Assembly: GCA_963662945.1 (NCBI GenBank)
Contig: OY759974.1
Span: forward strand, 2,016,001 to 2,080,000
Direction of reading: 5' to 3'
DNA: 64,000 bases
Origin: Arcobacteraceae bacterium
GTDB taxonomy: Bacteria > Campylobacterota > Campylobacteria > Campylobacterales > Arcobacteraceae
Shown here in pieces: positions 30,961 to 41,987 of this stretch. The position numbers and the translations under genes were made by a program. Below the pieces are notes generated by a model. The model made no database searches. It was not told the origin of the DNA and worked only from the letters and a program-made list of their open reading frames with translations. Position 1 is the stretch's first letter, and every line of letters starts with the position of its first letter.

Positions 30961-32487
30961 TTGTTTGAAAATAAATACATACAACAAAGAATAGAAAAAG
31001 CAAACACGTTAAGAGCAGCTGGTATCAATCCATATTGTAATGAATCAAAAAGAAACACAACTATAGAAAAATTTCTTAATGTTAATAGTGATATAGAACA
31101 TAAAGAAAATAAAAGAGATGAACATAGAATCTATACTGTATCTGGAAGAATTAAATTTTTCAGACTTATGGGAAAAGCAAGTTTTATCAAAATAGAAGAT
31201 GAGAGTGGAATTTTACAAGCATATATAACAAGAGATAATCTTCCTGAGGGCTTTTATAATGATGTATTTAAGAAACTTATTGAAGTTGGTGATATAGTTG
31301 AAATTGTTGGATATCCATTTGTAACAGGACATGGTGAGTTATCACTGCATGCAACATCTATTAAAATATTAACAAAAGCTATCTCTCCATTACCTGAAAA
31401 ATATCATGGAATACAAGATAAAGAGTTAAGATATAGACAAAGATATCTTGACCTTATTATGAATAGTGAAGTGAAAAAAACATTTCATATTAGAAGTAAA
31501 GTGATATCTCTTACAAGAAGATTCTTTGAAGATAAAGGGTTTTTAGAAGTAGAAACACCTATGATGCACCCAATAGCAGGTGGGGCAAATGCAAAACCAT
31601 TTGTAACACACCATAATGCACTTGGAGTTGATAGATTTCTAAGAATTGCGCCAGAGTTATATTTAAAAAGATTGATTGTAGGTGGTTTTGAAGCAGTTTT
31701 TGAGATTAATAGAAACTTTAGAAATGAAGGTATGGATGCTACACATAATCCTGAGTTTACTTCTATTGAATTTTATTGGGCATATAAAACATACAAAGAT
31801 TTAATTGCAATTACAAAAGAGTATTTTGAGTATCTGTTTGATCATTTAAATTTACCTACAATTTTACCTTATGGTGATTTGGAAGTTGATTTTTCAAAAT
31901 TTACAGAGATTCCACTTATTCAGTCTTTGACAGATATTGGTGGAGTTCCAGCAGATGTTGCTATTGATAAAAGCAAAGCAATAGCATATTTGAAAAAAGA
32001 TAATGTTGATGTCAATGAAAAGATGACTTTAGGACAACTTCAAGGTGAGATGTTTGATGAGTACGTTGAAGCTAAACTTATCAATCCTACTTTTATCACA
32101 GAGTATCCAGTTGAGATTTCGCCACTTGCTAGAAGAAGTGATGAAAAACCACATCTTACAGATAGATTTGAACTATTTATAGCAGGTCGTGAGATAGCAA
32201 ATGCATTTAGTGAGTTAAATGATCCTCTTGATCAACTAGAGAGATTTGAAGGGCAAATGGATGCAAAAGATAGTGGTGATGATGAAGCACATGAGATGGA
32301 TGCAGATTTTGTAAATGCATTATCTTATGGTATGGCTCCAACTGCAGGACAAGGGATAGGAATAGATAGACTTGTAATGATGCTTACAAATCAACATAGT
32401 ATTCGAGATGTACTTTTATTTCCAGCTATGAAACCAATAGCGAATGAAATAGATTTACATGGTGATATTGAAGAAGAAAATAAATAA
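30961..32487 (+). CDS. lysS: Lysine--tRNA ligase (class II)
   Basis: [34 protein letters not shown]. Confidence 0.98.
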   Translation: MFENKYIQQRIEKANTLRAAGINPYCNESKRNTTIEKFLNVNSDIEHKENKRDEHRIYTVSGRIKFFRLMGKASFIKIEDESGILQAYITRDNLPEGFYNDVFKKLIEVGDIVEIVGYPFVTGHGELSLHATSIKILTKAISPLPEKYHGIQDKELRYRQRYLDLIMNSEVKKTFHIRSKVISLTRRFFEDKGFLEVETPMMHPIAGGANAKPFVTHHNALGVDRFLRIAPELYLKRLIVGGFEAVFEINRNFRNEGMDATHNPEFTSIEFYWAYKTYKDLIAITKEYFEYLFDHLNLPTILPYGDLEVDFSKFTEIPLIQSLTDIGGVPADVAIDKSKAIAYLKKDNVDVNEKMTLGQLQGEMFDEYVEAKLINPTFITEYPVEISPLARRSDEKPHLTDRFELFIAGREIANAFSELNDPLDQLERFEGQMDAKDSGDDEAHEMDADFVNALSYGMAPTAGQGIGIDRLVMMLTNQHSIRDVLLFPAMKPIANEIDLHGDIEEENK

Positions 32488-32506
32488 ATTTAACAAAGGA
32501 AAAAAT

Positions 32507-33769
32507 ATGAGTTTTTTAAGTAGTAATAATTTGGCAACTGCAGATGCAGAAGTTTTTGGAATGATTGAAAATGAGTTAGAGAGACAAACAAATCACCTTG
32601 AGATGATTGCATCTGAGAATTTTACATCGCCTGCAGTTATGGAAGCTATGGGTTCTGTTTTTACAAATAAGTATGCAGAAGGTTATCCATATAAAAGATA
32701 TTATGGTGGATGTGAGTTCGCAGATCAGGTTGAACAACTTGCAATTGATAGAGCTTGTAAAATTTTTGGTTGTAATTATGCAAATGTACAACCACATTCA
32801 GGAAGTCAAGCAAATGGTGCAGTGTATGCGGCCCTTTTACAAGCAGGTGATAAAATTCTTGGTATGGATTTAAGTCATGGTGGACATTTAACTCATGGTT
32901 CTAAACCATCATTTTCTGGTAAAAACTACCATGCATTTTATTATGGTGTAGAACTGAATGGAAGAATTAACTATGATAGAGTTATGGATATAGCAAAAAT
33001 TACACAACCAAAAATTATAGTTTGTGGAGCTTCGGCTTATGCTAGAGAGATTGACTTTAAAAAATTTAGAGAGATCGCAGATGCAGTTGGTGCTTTACTT
33101 TTTGCTGATATAGCACATATTGCTGGTCTTGTTGCTGCTGGAGAGCATATGTCTCCATTCCCATATGCAGATGTTGTTACAACTACTACTCATAAAACAT
33201 TAAGAGGACCAAGAGGTGGTATGATTATGTGTAATGATGAAGAGATTGCTAAAAAAATCAATTCAGCAATTTTCCCAGGATTACAAGGTGGACCACTTGT
33301 ACATGTAATAGCTGCAAAAGCAGTTGCATTTAAAGAAATTTTAGATCCATCTTGGAAAGAATATGCAAAACAAGTAAAAGCAAATGCAAAAGTACTTGGG
33401 GAAGTATTAGTAAAAAGAGGATATGATTTAGTAAGTGATGGTACAGATAATCATCTTGTACTTGTAAGTTTTTTAAATAAAGATTTTAGTGGTAAAGATG
33501 CTGATGCTGCTTTAGGAAATGCAGGAATTACAGTAAATAAAAACACAGTACCAGGTGAAACAAGAAGCCCATTTATTACTTCTGGTATTAGAATAGGGTC
33601 TCCTGCATTAACTGCAAGAGGTATGAAAGAAAAAGAGTTTGAATTTATTGCTAATAAAATTGCTGATGTTTTAGATGATATTGAAAATGTTCAATTACAA
33701 CAAACAGTGAAACATGAGTTAGAAAAATTAGCTAAAGACTTTGTTGTTTATACACAATCAACGTATTAA
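32507..33769 (+). CDS. glyA: Serine hydroxymethyltransferase
   Basis: [34 protein letters not shown]; start moved to ATG 32507 after AAGGA RBS. Confidence 0.98.
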   Translation: MSFLSSNNLATADAEVFGMIENELERQTNHLEMIASENFTSPAVMEAMGSVFTNKYAEGYPYKRYYGGCEFADQVEQLAIDRACKIFGCNYANVQPHSGSQANGAVYAALLQAGDKILGMDLSHGGHLTHGSKPSFSGKNYHAFYYGVELNGRINYDRVMDIAKITQPKIIVCGASAYAREIDFKKFREIADAVGALLFADIAHIAGLVAAGEHMSPFPYADVVTTTTHKTLRGPRGGMIMCNDEEIAKKINSAIFPGLQGGPLVHVIAAKAVAFKEILDPSWKEYAKQVKANAKVLGEVLVKRGYDLVSDGTDNHLVLVSFLNKDFSGKDADAALGNAGITVNKNTVPGETRSPFITSGIRIGSPALTARGMKEKEFEFIANKIADVLDDIENVQLQQTVKHELEKLAKDFVVYTQSTY

Positions 33770-33803
33770 TATTTTAGAATATTAAACTAGTAAGGAGGAT
33801 ATC

Positions 33804-34799
33804 ATGGAAGTAGATGGAAAAGAATTTTTAAGAAATGTTAGTCTTGAACAAGATAAAGAAAGACTAATACAAGAACAAAGAAAACTTGAAGCATTAAAAA
33901 GAGAATCTGTAATGAAGAATAGAACATATAGTGCCCCTGCAGAAGAATCTGCGTATGTAAATCTATCTTCTCAAACTACTAAAACTCCTTATAAAGAAGA
34001 GGAAAATGTTATAGAGGATTTGATGTTAGAACCTGAAGATCCAGAGAAAAATAAAAAAAGATATATTCTTTTAGGTATTGGTTTAATTTTAATTTTTATT
34101 ATAACTATTTTAGTAATAAGACTTGTATCAAATAATGATACTAAAGAAAAAATGGAAAATCTTAATCCAGAAACAAAAGAACTTGTGACTGATAAAATAC
34201 TTGATAAAATTGATACAAATGAAGAGTATCAAAAAGTTATTGATAAAAAAGAAGCAATGGCTGAGATGCAAAAGCTTGAACAGTCAAAACAAAATAATCT
34301 TAATGAGATAGTAGTACCTAATGAAACAGCTCAAGATACTCCTTTAGTGATTGATAAACCAAAACCAACTGAAGAACCACAAAGAGATTTATTTGGATTA
34401 ACAAAAGAAGAAGTTGCACAAAAACAAGAAGTTGTAGAAGTTGTAAAACCAAAACCAAAACCAAAACCTGTAGAGAAAAAGATTGTTGCAAAACCTGTGG
34501 TAGAGAAAAAAGTAGTAGAAAAAATAGCTACACCAACTGCTCCATTAACAACAAAAACTACAACTGTAGCTGGATATTATATACAAATTGGAGCGTTTAC
34601 AAAAGAACCTGATAAAAATTTACTAACTAGTATCACAAAAAAAGGATACAACTATAATGTACATCAAATGACTATTAAAGGTACAGTTTATAATAAAGTT
34701 TTAATAGGTGCATATCCAACAAAAGAGATTGCTTTAAAAGATTTAGATAAAGTGAAAAAAGACTTCAATAATAAAAATGCATATATATTAAAATTTTAA
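33804..34799 (+). CDS. Bitopic SPOR-domain protein (DedD/FtsN-like)
   Basis: Single TM, KP-rich linker, C-terminal YYIQIGAF..KVLIGAY..AYI. Confidence 0.85.
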   Translation: MEVDGKEFLRNVSLEQDKERLIQEQRKLEALKRESVMKNRTYSAPAEESAYVNLSSQTTKTPYKEEENVIEDLMLEPEDPEKNKKRYILLGIGLILIFIITILVIRLVSNNDTKEKMENLNPETKELVTDKILDKIDTNEEYQKVIDKKEAMAEMQKLEQSKQNNLNEIVVPNETAQDTPLVIDKPKPTEEPQRDLFGLTKEEVAQKQEVVEVVKPKPKPKPVEKKIVAKPVVEKKVVEKIATPTAPLTTKTTTVAGYYIQIGAFTKEPDKNLLTSITKKGYNYNVHQMTIKGTVYNKVLIGAYPTKEIALKDLDKVKKDFNNKNAYILKF

Positions 34800-36235
34800 T
34801 GGTGTTTGAATATATGAATTTTTATAATAAAACTTTATTTTTAGACCAATTTACACCTGTATCTATATATCAAAAGGTAAAAGAAGTGTTTTCTGATGAG
34901 ATAACTTTTCTTTTTGAATCAGTTGTAAATAGTGATGATGGAAATTTTAGTTATATTTTTATTGGGGATAGAGAAAGAGTTTGGCATAAAGACAATAAAA
35001 GTTACTATAAAAATGAAGAGGGAACTATTCAAGAGATAGATAAAAATCCTTTTGTTTTTCTCAAAGAGTATTATCGAAATATTGATAAAAAGTTTTATCA
35101 TGATAAGGGAAAAGAACTTGGAATAGGACTTATTGATGGTTTTATAGGAAATATGGGTTATGATATGGTTGCAACTTTTGAACCAACATTACATAAATCA
35201 ATGGATGGCTTAAAAGATGAGTTTGGTATAGCAGATTGTGATCTTATCAGACCTAAAATGGTTTTAGTCTATTCTCATAAAACTTCACAATTAAGTTTAA
35301 TAACTTCTATGGAAAGTATGAGTAAGTACATAGAACTTATAGAGAAAAAATTACAAGAATCATTTGCATATACACCATTAAAAAAAGTTGAACTTTTAGA
35401 TGAAGGTAGTTTTGCTCATACAAAAGAAGAATTCTTTGACATGATTGCCAAATCAAAAGAGATGATACGAAGTGGTGATGTATTTCAAATTTTAATGACA
35501 AATAGATACACAAGACGAGCTAAAGTTGATACACTAAGCTTTTATAGAGCATTACGTAGTAAAAATCCTAGTCCTTATCTTTTTTTACTTGAATATGAAG
35601 ATTTTACTATTGCAGGAAGTAGTCCTGAAGTGATGGTAAGACTTACAAATGGTAGAATCCTTTTAAGACCAATAGCAGGTACTAGAAAAAGAGGGAAAAC
35701 AGTTTTGAAAGACAATGAGATGGAACAAGAGATGCTTAATGACCCAAAAGAGGTTGCAGAACATGTTATGCTTATTGACTTAGGGCGTAATGATGTGGGA
35801 CGAGTTGCAAAAGTGGGAACAGTACAAGTTACTGATAAAATGAGAGTAGAGAGATATTCACATGTTATGCATATGGTTTCTGATGTGGAAGCTACTATAG
35901 ATGAAAAATACGATATGTTTGATTTATTTGCTGCTACATTTACTGCTGGTACTATGACAGGGGCTCCAAAAATTAGGGCTATGGAACTTATTGCACAATT
36001 TGAAAAATTAAAACGAAGTTTCTATAGTGGAAGTATTGCATATTTTGGATTTGATGGAAATATGGATAGTGCAATTACCATAAGAACTACTATGATAAAA
36101 GATGATACAGTAGTATTTCAAGCAGGTGCTGGTGTTGTTGCTGATTCTGTTCCTGAATTAGAATTTTTAGAAGTAAACAATAAATTAGCAGCAAATATAA
36201 CTACACTTGAAGATTTAAGTAAAATAGAATCATAA
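34799..36235 (+). CDS. trpE: Anthranilate synthase component I family (chorismate-binding)
   Basis: LFES, NPSPY, SSPE, PIAGTR, EHVMLIDLGRND, GAPKIRAM, AGAGVVADS. Confidence 0.85.
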   Translation: MVFEYMNFYNKTLFLDQFTPVSIYQKVKEVFSDEITFLFESVVNSDDGNFSYIFIGDRERVWHKDNKSYYKNEEGTIQEIDKNPFVFLKEYYRNIDKKFYHDKGKELGIGLIDGFIGNMGYDMVATFEPTLHKSMDGLKDEFGIADCDLIRPKMVLVYSHKTSQLSLITSMESMSKYIELIEKKLQESFAYTPLKKVELLDEGSFAHTKEEFFDMIAKSKEMIRSGDVFQILMTNRYTRRAKVDTLSFYRALRSKNPSPYLFLLEYEDFTIAGSSPEVMVRLTNGRILLRPIAGTRKRGKTVLKDNEMEQEMLNDPKEVAEHVMLIDLGRNDVGRVAKVGTVQVTDKMRVERYSHVMHMVSDVEATIDEKYDMFDLFAATFTAGTMTGAPKIRAMELIAQFEKLKRSFYSGSIAYFGFDGNMDSAITIRTTMIKDDTVVFQAGAGVVADSVPELEFLEVNNKLAANITTLEDLSKIES

Positions 36236-36247
36236 TAAAGGATAATT

Positions 36248-37111
36248 TTGAATAATATATTAGTAGCTCACTCTCCAGATGCAGATGATATTTTTATGTA
36301 TTATGCTATTAAATTTGGTTGGGTTACTTTAGAAAATACTACTTTTGATAATATTGCATTAGATATTGAAACACTTAATCAAGCTACACTTAAAGGTGAA
36401 TATGATATTTGTGCAATTAGTTTTGCTCTTTATCCTTTTGTGAAAGATGATTTTGCACTTCTTAGAACTGCTGTAAGTTTTGGTGATGGGTATGGACCAA
36501 AGTTGGTAAAACTAAAAGGGAAAGAATTAAAAAGAAATTTCAAAGTAGCATTAAGTGGAAAATATACTACAAATGCACTTTTATTTAAGATAAAATATCC
36601 AGAAGCTAGAATTACTTATATGAATTTTTTAGAGATAGAACAAGCAGTACTTGATGGAGTAGTTGATGCAGGTGTATTAATACATGAATCTATTTTAACT
36701 TATGATGATAAATTAGAAGTTGAAGCAGAGCTTTGGGATATTTGGCAAGAGTTAGCTGGTAAAGAATTGCCACTTCCATTGGGTGGTATGTGTTTACGAA
36801 GAAGTATTCCATTAAATAAAGCTATTGACTACGAGAATACTCTTATTAAAGCTGTTCGAGTAGCAAATGATAATAAATTACTTTTATCCAAAATGTTACT
36901 AGAAAGAGACTTAATCAGAGTAAATCATGATACATTGCAAACATATTTAGGATTGTATGCAAATGATGATTCTATAGAATTATCACCTTTACAATATCAA
37001 GCATTAGATAAACTTTATAGCTTAGGTTTTGAGCACGGCTTTTATGACCAACTTATAAAATCTCAAGATTATCTTATCCCTCATGAGTATCAAGAGTTGC
37101 GAAACTCTTAA
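36248..37111 (+). CDS. mqnD: 1,4-dihydroxy-6-naphthoate synthase (futalosine pathway)
   Basis: AHSPDADD.FM, DIETLN, GDGYGP, TTNALL, IHE, LPLPLGG. Confidence 0.88.
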   Translation: MNNILVAHSPDADDIFMYYAIKFGWVTLENTTFDNIALDIETLNQATLKGEYDICAISFALYPFVKDDFALLRTAVSFGDGYGPKLVKLKGKELKRNFKVALSGKYTTNALLFKIKYPEARITYMNFLEIEQAVLDGVVDAGVLIHESILTYDDKLEVEAELWDIWQELAGKELPLPLGGMCLRRSIPLNKAIDYENTLIKAVRVANDNKLLLSKMLLERDLIRVNHDTLQTYLGLYANDDSIELSPLQYQALDKLYSLGFEHGFYDQLIKSQDYLIPHEYQELRNS

Positions 37112-37223
37112 TACTTTATAATCTCTTATAATTATTATTTATTTTATATTTTTTCTATTAACTCTTTATTAATCTAAACTTGATAAACTTTTTATTTAAA
37201 ATTTATATAAAAAAGGGGAAAGA

Positions 37224-38231
37224 ATGAGTTATAGAATAGTGAGTGTAATATTTGCAATATTTTTAATGTTGACAAATCTAAATGCTGCAGGAAAAGTTAC
37301 AGGTGGTAGTGATCATGCTATGCCAGAATGGTTTAAACAAAGTTTTCTTGATATGAATGAAGATGTTACAGAGGCCAAAGAAAATGGTAAACATGTAATA
37401 CTCTTTATGAGTTTAAAGTTTTGTCCGTATTGTACAAAAATGCTGAAAGAAAATTTTGAAAATGGTGCAAAATTACAACCATATATAAAAGATAATTTTG
37501 ATGTAATTGCTATTGATATCAAAGGTAGTAAAGAGATAGCTATCAATGAAGATACAACGATGACAGAGATAGAATATGCAAAACATCTCAAAGTACAATA
37601 TACACCAACAATTTTATTTCTTGATCAAGATAACAATATAGTAGTAAGAATAAATGGTTACAGATCACCAGAAAATTTCAAATATATTTTAGATTATGTA
37701 AAAAATAAAGAGTATAAAAATATGACTCTCACTCAATATGTAGAGAAAGTAAAAAATAAAACACTTTATACATTAGTTGATAATGAAATGTTTGTAGAAG
37801 AAACAGATTTATCAAAAATCAATACACCACTTGCTGTTATTTTTGAAGATGGAAGTTGTACTCAATGTAACTATTTACATAATACTACATTAAAAAATAA
37901 AGAGGTGCAAAAAGAGTTGTCAAAATTTACAGTTGTAAGATATGATGCTATGTCAGAAGAAGAAATTATCACACCAGATGGTAAAAAAACTACTCCAAAA
38001 CAATGGGCAAAAGATATGGTACTAGATTATAGACCAGGAATTGTACTATTTGATAAGAAAAAAGAGATAGTAAGAATAGATGCACTTTTATATAGCTTTC
38101 ATTTTAAAGAATTATTTAGATTTGTAAGTGGTGGATATTATGAAAAGTTTCATACATTTTTAGATTATTTAAAACCTAGACAAGATGAGCTTTTACAACA
38201 GGGGATTGACATAGATATTTCTGATAAATAA
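37224..38231 (+). CDS. Exported tandem thioredoxin-fold protein (SoxW-like)
   Basis: Signal peptide; PEWFKQSFLD, CPYC, YTPT, second domain CTQC. Confidence 0.8.
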   Translation: MSYRIVSVIFAIFLMLTNLNAAGKVTGGSDHAMPEWFKQSFLDMNEDVTEAKENGKHVILFMSLKFCPYCTKMLKENFENGAKLQPYIKDNFDVIAIDIKGSKEIAINEDTTMTEIEYAKHLKVQYTPTILFLDQDNNIVVRINGYRSPENFKYILDYVKNKEYKNMTLTQYVEKVKNKTLYTLVDNEMFVEETDLSKINTPLAVIFEDGSCTQCNYLHNTTLKNKEVQKELSKFTVVRYDAMSEEEIITPDGKKTTPKQWAKDMVLDYRPGIVLFDKKKEIVRIDALLYSFHFKELFRFVSGGYYEKFHTFLDYLKPRQDELLQQGIDIDISDK

Positions 38232-38250
38232 AATAATATGTAATTAAAGG

Positions 38251-38283
38251 AAAAGGAGTTGAAAATATTCAACTCCTTTTTTT
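38251..38283. terminator. Bidirectional intrinsic terminator
   Basis: AAAAGGAGTTGAA-AATA-TTCAACTCCTTTT between convergent genes. Confidence 0.85.
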
Positions 38284-38289
38284 ATACAT

Positions 38290-39654
38290 TTATTGTTGCG
38301 TTGCTGTATAAACAGCATTTACATTATCTGTTTTAACACTACCAGCAGTCGAATTCATATTGTCATAAAAACTACCAGTTAGAACTTCATTATTTGAACC
38401 AGTAATTGTATATTTTGAACCACTATATGAGTAAGTTCCTGTCAAGTTATTAATACTGGACATACTTTGACTATCACCATTAATAACCATATTAACAACA
38501 GTAGTATTTGCACCAAAATCAAAATTTAAAGTTATCGTAGAACTACTAGGGTTGATAAATTGCGTATTATAGCTATCATATCCCATCACTTTTCCACTAT
38601 AGGTTGCATTATTTGCACTAGTTAATGAACTTAGGTCACTTACGATATCTTTGTCACTTAAAACCCAAGCCTTTTCAGCTACATAATCAGCAGCTGTTCC
38701 AGTACTACTCCAAAATCCCCAGCTAAATCCAGTATCTGCACCATCTAACACTTTCATAATTGAACCAGTACCGAGTATTGAAGTAATCGTAGTATTTGTA
38801 ATTAACTCGTAAGAAAATGGAACATCACCTATAGGTACAGTATAAGTTGGAGAGAGATTTATATAATGTAAAGAATTATTTGTTTGATTTAAAATATTAT
38901 CTTTATCGTCATCCTTATCATCATCAACAAATTCTTGTGGATCCTTATTAAAAGTTGGAGTTCCTTCTACATTATTAGGAACTTCCCCAGTTGGTGTATT
39001 TGATTCATAAAAAACACCTTCATCATATCCTGATTCTTGTTCATTTTCTGAAGCACCAGAGTTTTGTTGCGCATTATTTATTTGTGCTGGTGGTGCATCT
39101 TGAGGTGGTGTTGGTGCTTGATTTGGACTAACTGATGTAAATTGATTTGCTCCAACTTGTTGTACACCTTGAGGAGTACTTACTTCTATAATACCATCTG
39201 TACAAGTTACAATTTCAGGTTGTGTTGGTTCTTGTGGAATATCTCCAAAGAATATTGTACCACGAATACCAATCGAAGCAGAACGTGTTTTTAGTGTAAA
39301 TTTATTTGGATTTACTTTTCCTATTTGTCCTGTAATTGTTTTAAAAATTCCCTTTGCTGCTTTAAATGAAGCTTTGGTTTCATTTGGTTTTTGAGTATCA
39401 TAGAAATACTCTTCTATGTCAAATGTAGAGTTTTTACCAAGAGAGATAACTGTTTTGTCATTAAATAGTAGTTGTACCCTAGCATTGGCTGTAGTTGCTA
39501 TTGTATCTTTCTCTTCAAGTGCAAATCCTATGGTTGCTGGAATTGTTTTTGAATCTCTAGATACGGTTACTTCTCCACTTAAAGCAGATATTTTTCCAAT
39601 ATTAGCAAATAGAGTTGTACTAAATAGTAAAATTGATAGTAATAATATTCTCAT
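38290..39654 (-). CDS. Exported FecR-domain protein with Pro/acidic linker and C-terminal beta-rich (TbpB-barrel-like) domain
   Basis: Signal peptide; GEVTVSR..DTIAT..LLFNDKT..LGKNS..TRSASIGIRGT; C-terminal ATYSG..NFDFG..GSFY..AG pattern. Confidence 0.75.
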   Translation of the reverse strand: MRILLLSILLFSTTLFANIGKISALSGEVTVSRDSKTIPATIGFALEEKDTIATTANARVQLLFNDKTVISLGKNSTFDIEEYFYDTQKPNETKASFKAAKGIFKTITGQIGKVNPNKFTLKTRSASIGIRGTIFFGDIPQEPTQPEIVTCTDGIIEVSTPQGVQQVGANQFTSVSPNQAPTPPQDAPPAQINNAQQNSGASENEQESGYDEGVFYESNTPTGEVPNNVEGTPTFNKDPQEFVDDDKDDDKDNILNQTNNSLHYINLSPTYTVPIGDVPFSYELITNTTITSILGTGSIMKVLDGADTGFSWGFWSSTGTAADYVAEKAWVLSDKDIVSDLSSLTSANNATYSGKVMGYDSYNTQFINPSSSTITLNFDFGANTTVVNMVINGDSQSMSSINNLTGTYSYSGSKYTITGSNNEVLTGSFYDNMNSTAGSVKTDNVNAVYTATQQ

Positions 39655-39665
39655 AATTTATCCTT

Positions 39666-40997
39666 TTAGAATGCAAAAGCGTAATTAATATTTGCGCTTC
39701 TTTTTTTGTATGTGTAGAGATTGATATTTGAATCATTCTCTATATCAGTAAACTCTACCATAATTGACTTTGTATCATCTAATTTTTTTACAATACCTAA
39801 AGTGATATTTCTAGTATCATCATTTCTTTTTGGCACTAGTGTTCCAACATCTTGATATCTGTTTTTTTCTATTTGATAGCCTAGCGTTACATCATAAGTT
39901 GGAAAAATAGTTTTTGTATAAGAAATTTTATATTTATTTGTATCTTTACTTACATCTATTCTTGTACCATGTTCTTTTCTTTCAGCAGCATAAGAGGTAA
40001 AAATATTTAATTTATCTTTATTATCAAAAGGTAATAGATACTTAATTGCAACCTCTTTAATATTACTACTTCTTTCACTATCTATACTTTGTATCATCTT
40101 TTTCTTTTTATATTTTATATCAAAAGTTACAAGATGATTTGCATATATGTTGTATTTTAAAGAGTTTGTAATTCCGTAAATATAGAGTGTTTGATCATGC
40201 CCTAACCAAACATGATCATAAGTAAAAGAAGTGAGGTTTTTATATTTTTGATTTGTATATCCTATACCACTTTCAAGTGATAATAAAAGTATATCATTAT
40301 CATGATAGTGATTTAGTTCTTTGAGATATGCAACACCTGTAGTTTCCCAAGATAATTTATCATTTGCTTTACTTGGAACTATTAAATTCCCAACTAAAAT
40401 TGTTTTAAAATCACTATCTGATTTTTTATCTGTATTATTATTGAGTCTTAATCCACCCAATATATCGGTATATGATTCATAGGTATTATTATTAACATTA
40501 TTATCCCATCCTAAACCAACAATAACAACTCTATTAAGAATATAGTTTTGTTCTTTTTGTTCAATCATTTTTAAAAATTTTTCAACATTGCTTCGAACAC
40601 TTAGAGGAATAGGTGATGTTAGCACCATTTCAAATTCTTTTTTTGCTTCTTTATATGATTGCATTAAAAAAAGTGTTCTTGCGTATTCTAGTCTTACTCT
40701 ATGATTTGATGGATTTGAGATAAGAATTCTATCGTAGGCAGTTAATGCAAAGTCATACTTTTTTAATTCAAAAGCACTTCTTCCATAATAATAATTTATA
40801 AGTTCATGCTCTGGATACTGTTCTACAAGTTTGTCAAATATTTCAAATGATTTTTCATAGTTTTGTTGATTAAAACTTGTCAATCCCTGACTATATTTGA
40901 TGGTAGCTTCTTTATCTGTTGCAAAATTTGTACTAGCTGCAAATACAAATGTAGTTATTAAATTTATTAAAATGATTAATAAAAATTTATTTTTCAT
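39666..40997 (-). CDS. TPR + outer-membrane beta-barrel protein (Slam/DUF560-like)
   Basis: Signal peptide, TPR helices (A..AYDRIL..NP..RVRLEYAR), GLGWDNNVN, amphipathic strands, C-terminal YAFAF. Confidence 0.78.
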   Translation of the reverse strand: MKNKFLLIILINLITTFVFAASTNFATDKEATIKYSQGLTSFNQQNYEKSFEIFDKLVEQYPEHELINYYYGRSAFELKKYDFALTAYDRILISNPSNHRVRLEYARTLFLMQSYKEAKKEFEMVLTSPIPLSVRSNVEKFLKMIEQKEQNYILNRVVIVGLGWDNNVNNNTYESYTDILGGLRLNNNTDKKSDSDFKTILVGNLIVPSKANDKLSWETTGVAYLKELNHYHDNDILLLSLESGIGYTNQKYKNLTSFTYDHVWLGHDQTLYIYGITNSLKYNIYANHLVTFDIKYKKKKMIQSIDSERSSNIKEVAIKYLLPFDNKDKLNIFTSYAAERKEHGTRIDVSKDTNKYKISYTKTIFPTYDVTLGYQIEKNRYQDVGTLVPKRNDDTRNITLGIVKKLDDTKSIMVEFTDIENDSNINLYTYKKRSANINYAFAF

Positions 40998-41139
40998 TTT
41001 TCTTCCCTTTTGCTAATTATTGTATATTTTACCATAAAGAGAATTAATAGTAAACAGAAAGTAAACAACAATATTATTTGATTACATTTTAATTACAAAA
41101 TGAAATACATTCATAATAAAATTAATGATATAATCCAAA

Positions 41140-41910
41140 ATGCTTAAAACAATAGATTTTCAAAAATATACTTCTATTCATATTGGTGGACAATATGAAG
41201 TAAAAGTTATTAATGAAATAGGTCATTATCCCCATTATAGAATTCTTGGTCGTGGAAATAATATTCTTATTTCAAATACGCCACCTCCATTAGCTATTTT
41301 AGGTGAAAAGTTTGATTACATTATTCAAAAAGAGGATAAACTTATCGTTGGAGCTGCTACATCCAGTGGCAAATTATTAACCTATTGTAGAAAAAATGAT
41401 ATTGCACATTTTGAGCTTTTAGCAAAATTACCCGGTAGTATGGGTGGTTTAGTGAAGATGAATGCAGGTTTGAAAGAATGGGAAATATTTAATTATCTTT
41501 ATTCAATTAAAACACAAGATGGAGAGATACTTAAAAAAGATATTCCTTATGCTTATCGACATACACAAATTGACGGTATTGTTTATGAAGTGACATTTCA
41601 TATAGAAAAAGGCTATGATAAAGAACTTCAAAATATGTTTAATAAAATGAGAGATAATCAACCAAATAATCCTAGTGCTGGAAGTTGCTTTAAAAATCCA
41701 AAAGAGTATAGCGCAGGGTATTTAATAGAAAATGTTGGACTTAAAGGATATCAAATTGGTGGAATGGCTTTTAGTTCTCAACATGCAAACTTTTTAGTGA
41801 ATATGGGTGAAGGTACTTTTGAAGAAGCGTTTACATTGATAAATCTTGCAAAAGAAAAAGTCAAAAAACAATTTAATATAGATTTAGAATTAGAGGTGGA
41901 AATTATTTAA
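41140..41910 (+). CDS. murB: UDP-N-acetylmuramate dehydrogenase
   Basis: GRGNN, LPGSMGG..MNAG, YR, SAGSCFKNP, HANF, LELEV. Confidence 0.95.
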   Translation: MLKTIDFQKYTSIHIGGQYEVKVINEIGHYPHYRILGRGNNILISNTPPPLAILGEKFDYIIQKEDKLIVGAATSSGKLLTYCRKNDIAHFELLAKLPGSMGGLVKMNAGLKEWEIFNYLYSIKTQDGEILKKDIPYAYRHTQIDGIVYEVTFHIEKGYDKELQNMFNKMRDNQPNNPSAGSCFKNPKEYSAGYLIENVGLKGYQIGGMAFSSQHANFLVNMGEGTFEEAFTLINLAKEKVKKQFNIDLELEVEII

Positions 41911-41912
41911 AG

Positions 41913-41925
41913 TTGCATTTTGCAA
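41913..41925 (+). promoter_or_regulatory. TTGCA-N3-TGCAA palindrome upstream of comM
   Basis: TTGCATTTTGCAA, 29 nt before TACTAT (41955-41960); same motif and spacing at recA. Confidence 0.55.
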
Positions 41926-41987
41926 TCTATTTTCATAAAATAATATTTTTATAGTACTATTCTTTTATATCAAAAGAGGAGGGTAGT

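Noticed and set aside
32459-32506. N-terminal extension of GlyA in the ORF track
   Set aside because: Overlaps lysS; an RBS supports ATG 32507.
34440-34520. AAACCA tandem repeats as a contingency locus
   Set aside because: In-frame KPKPKP linker of the SPOR protein; ordinary low complexity.
38290-39654. Classical FecR anti-sigma factor
   Set aside because: Cleavable-looking signal peptide, no cytoplasmic anti-sigma domain, no adjacent ECF sigma or TonB-dependent receptor.
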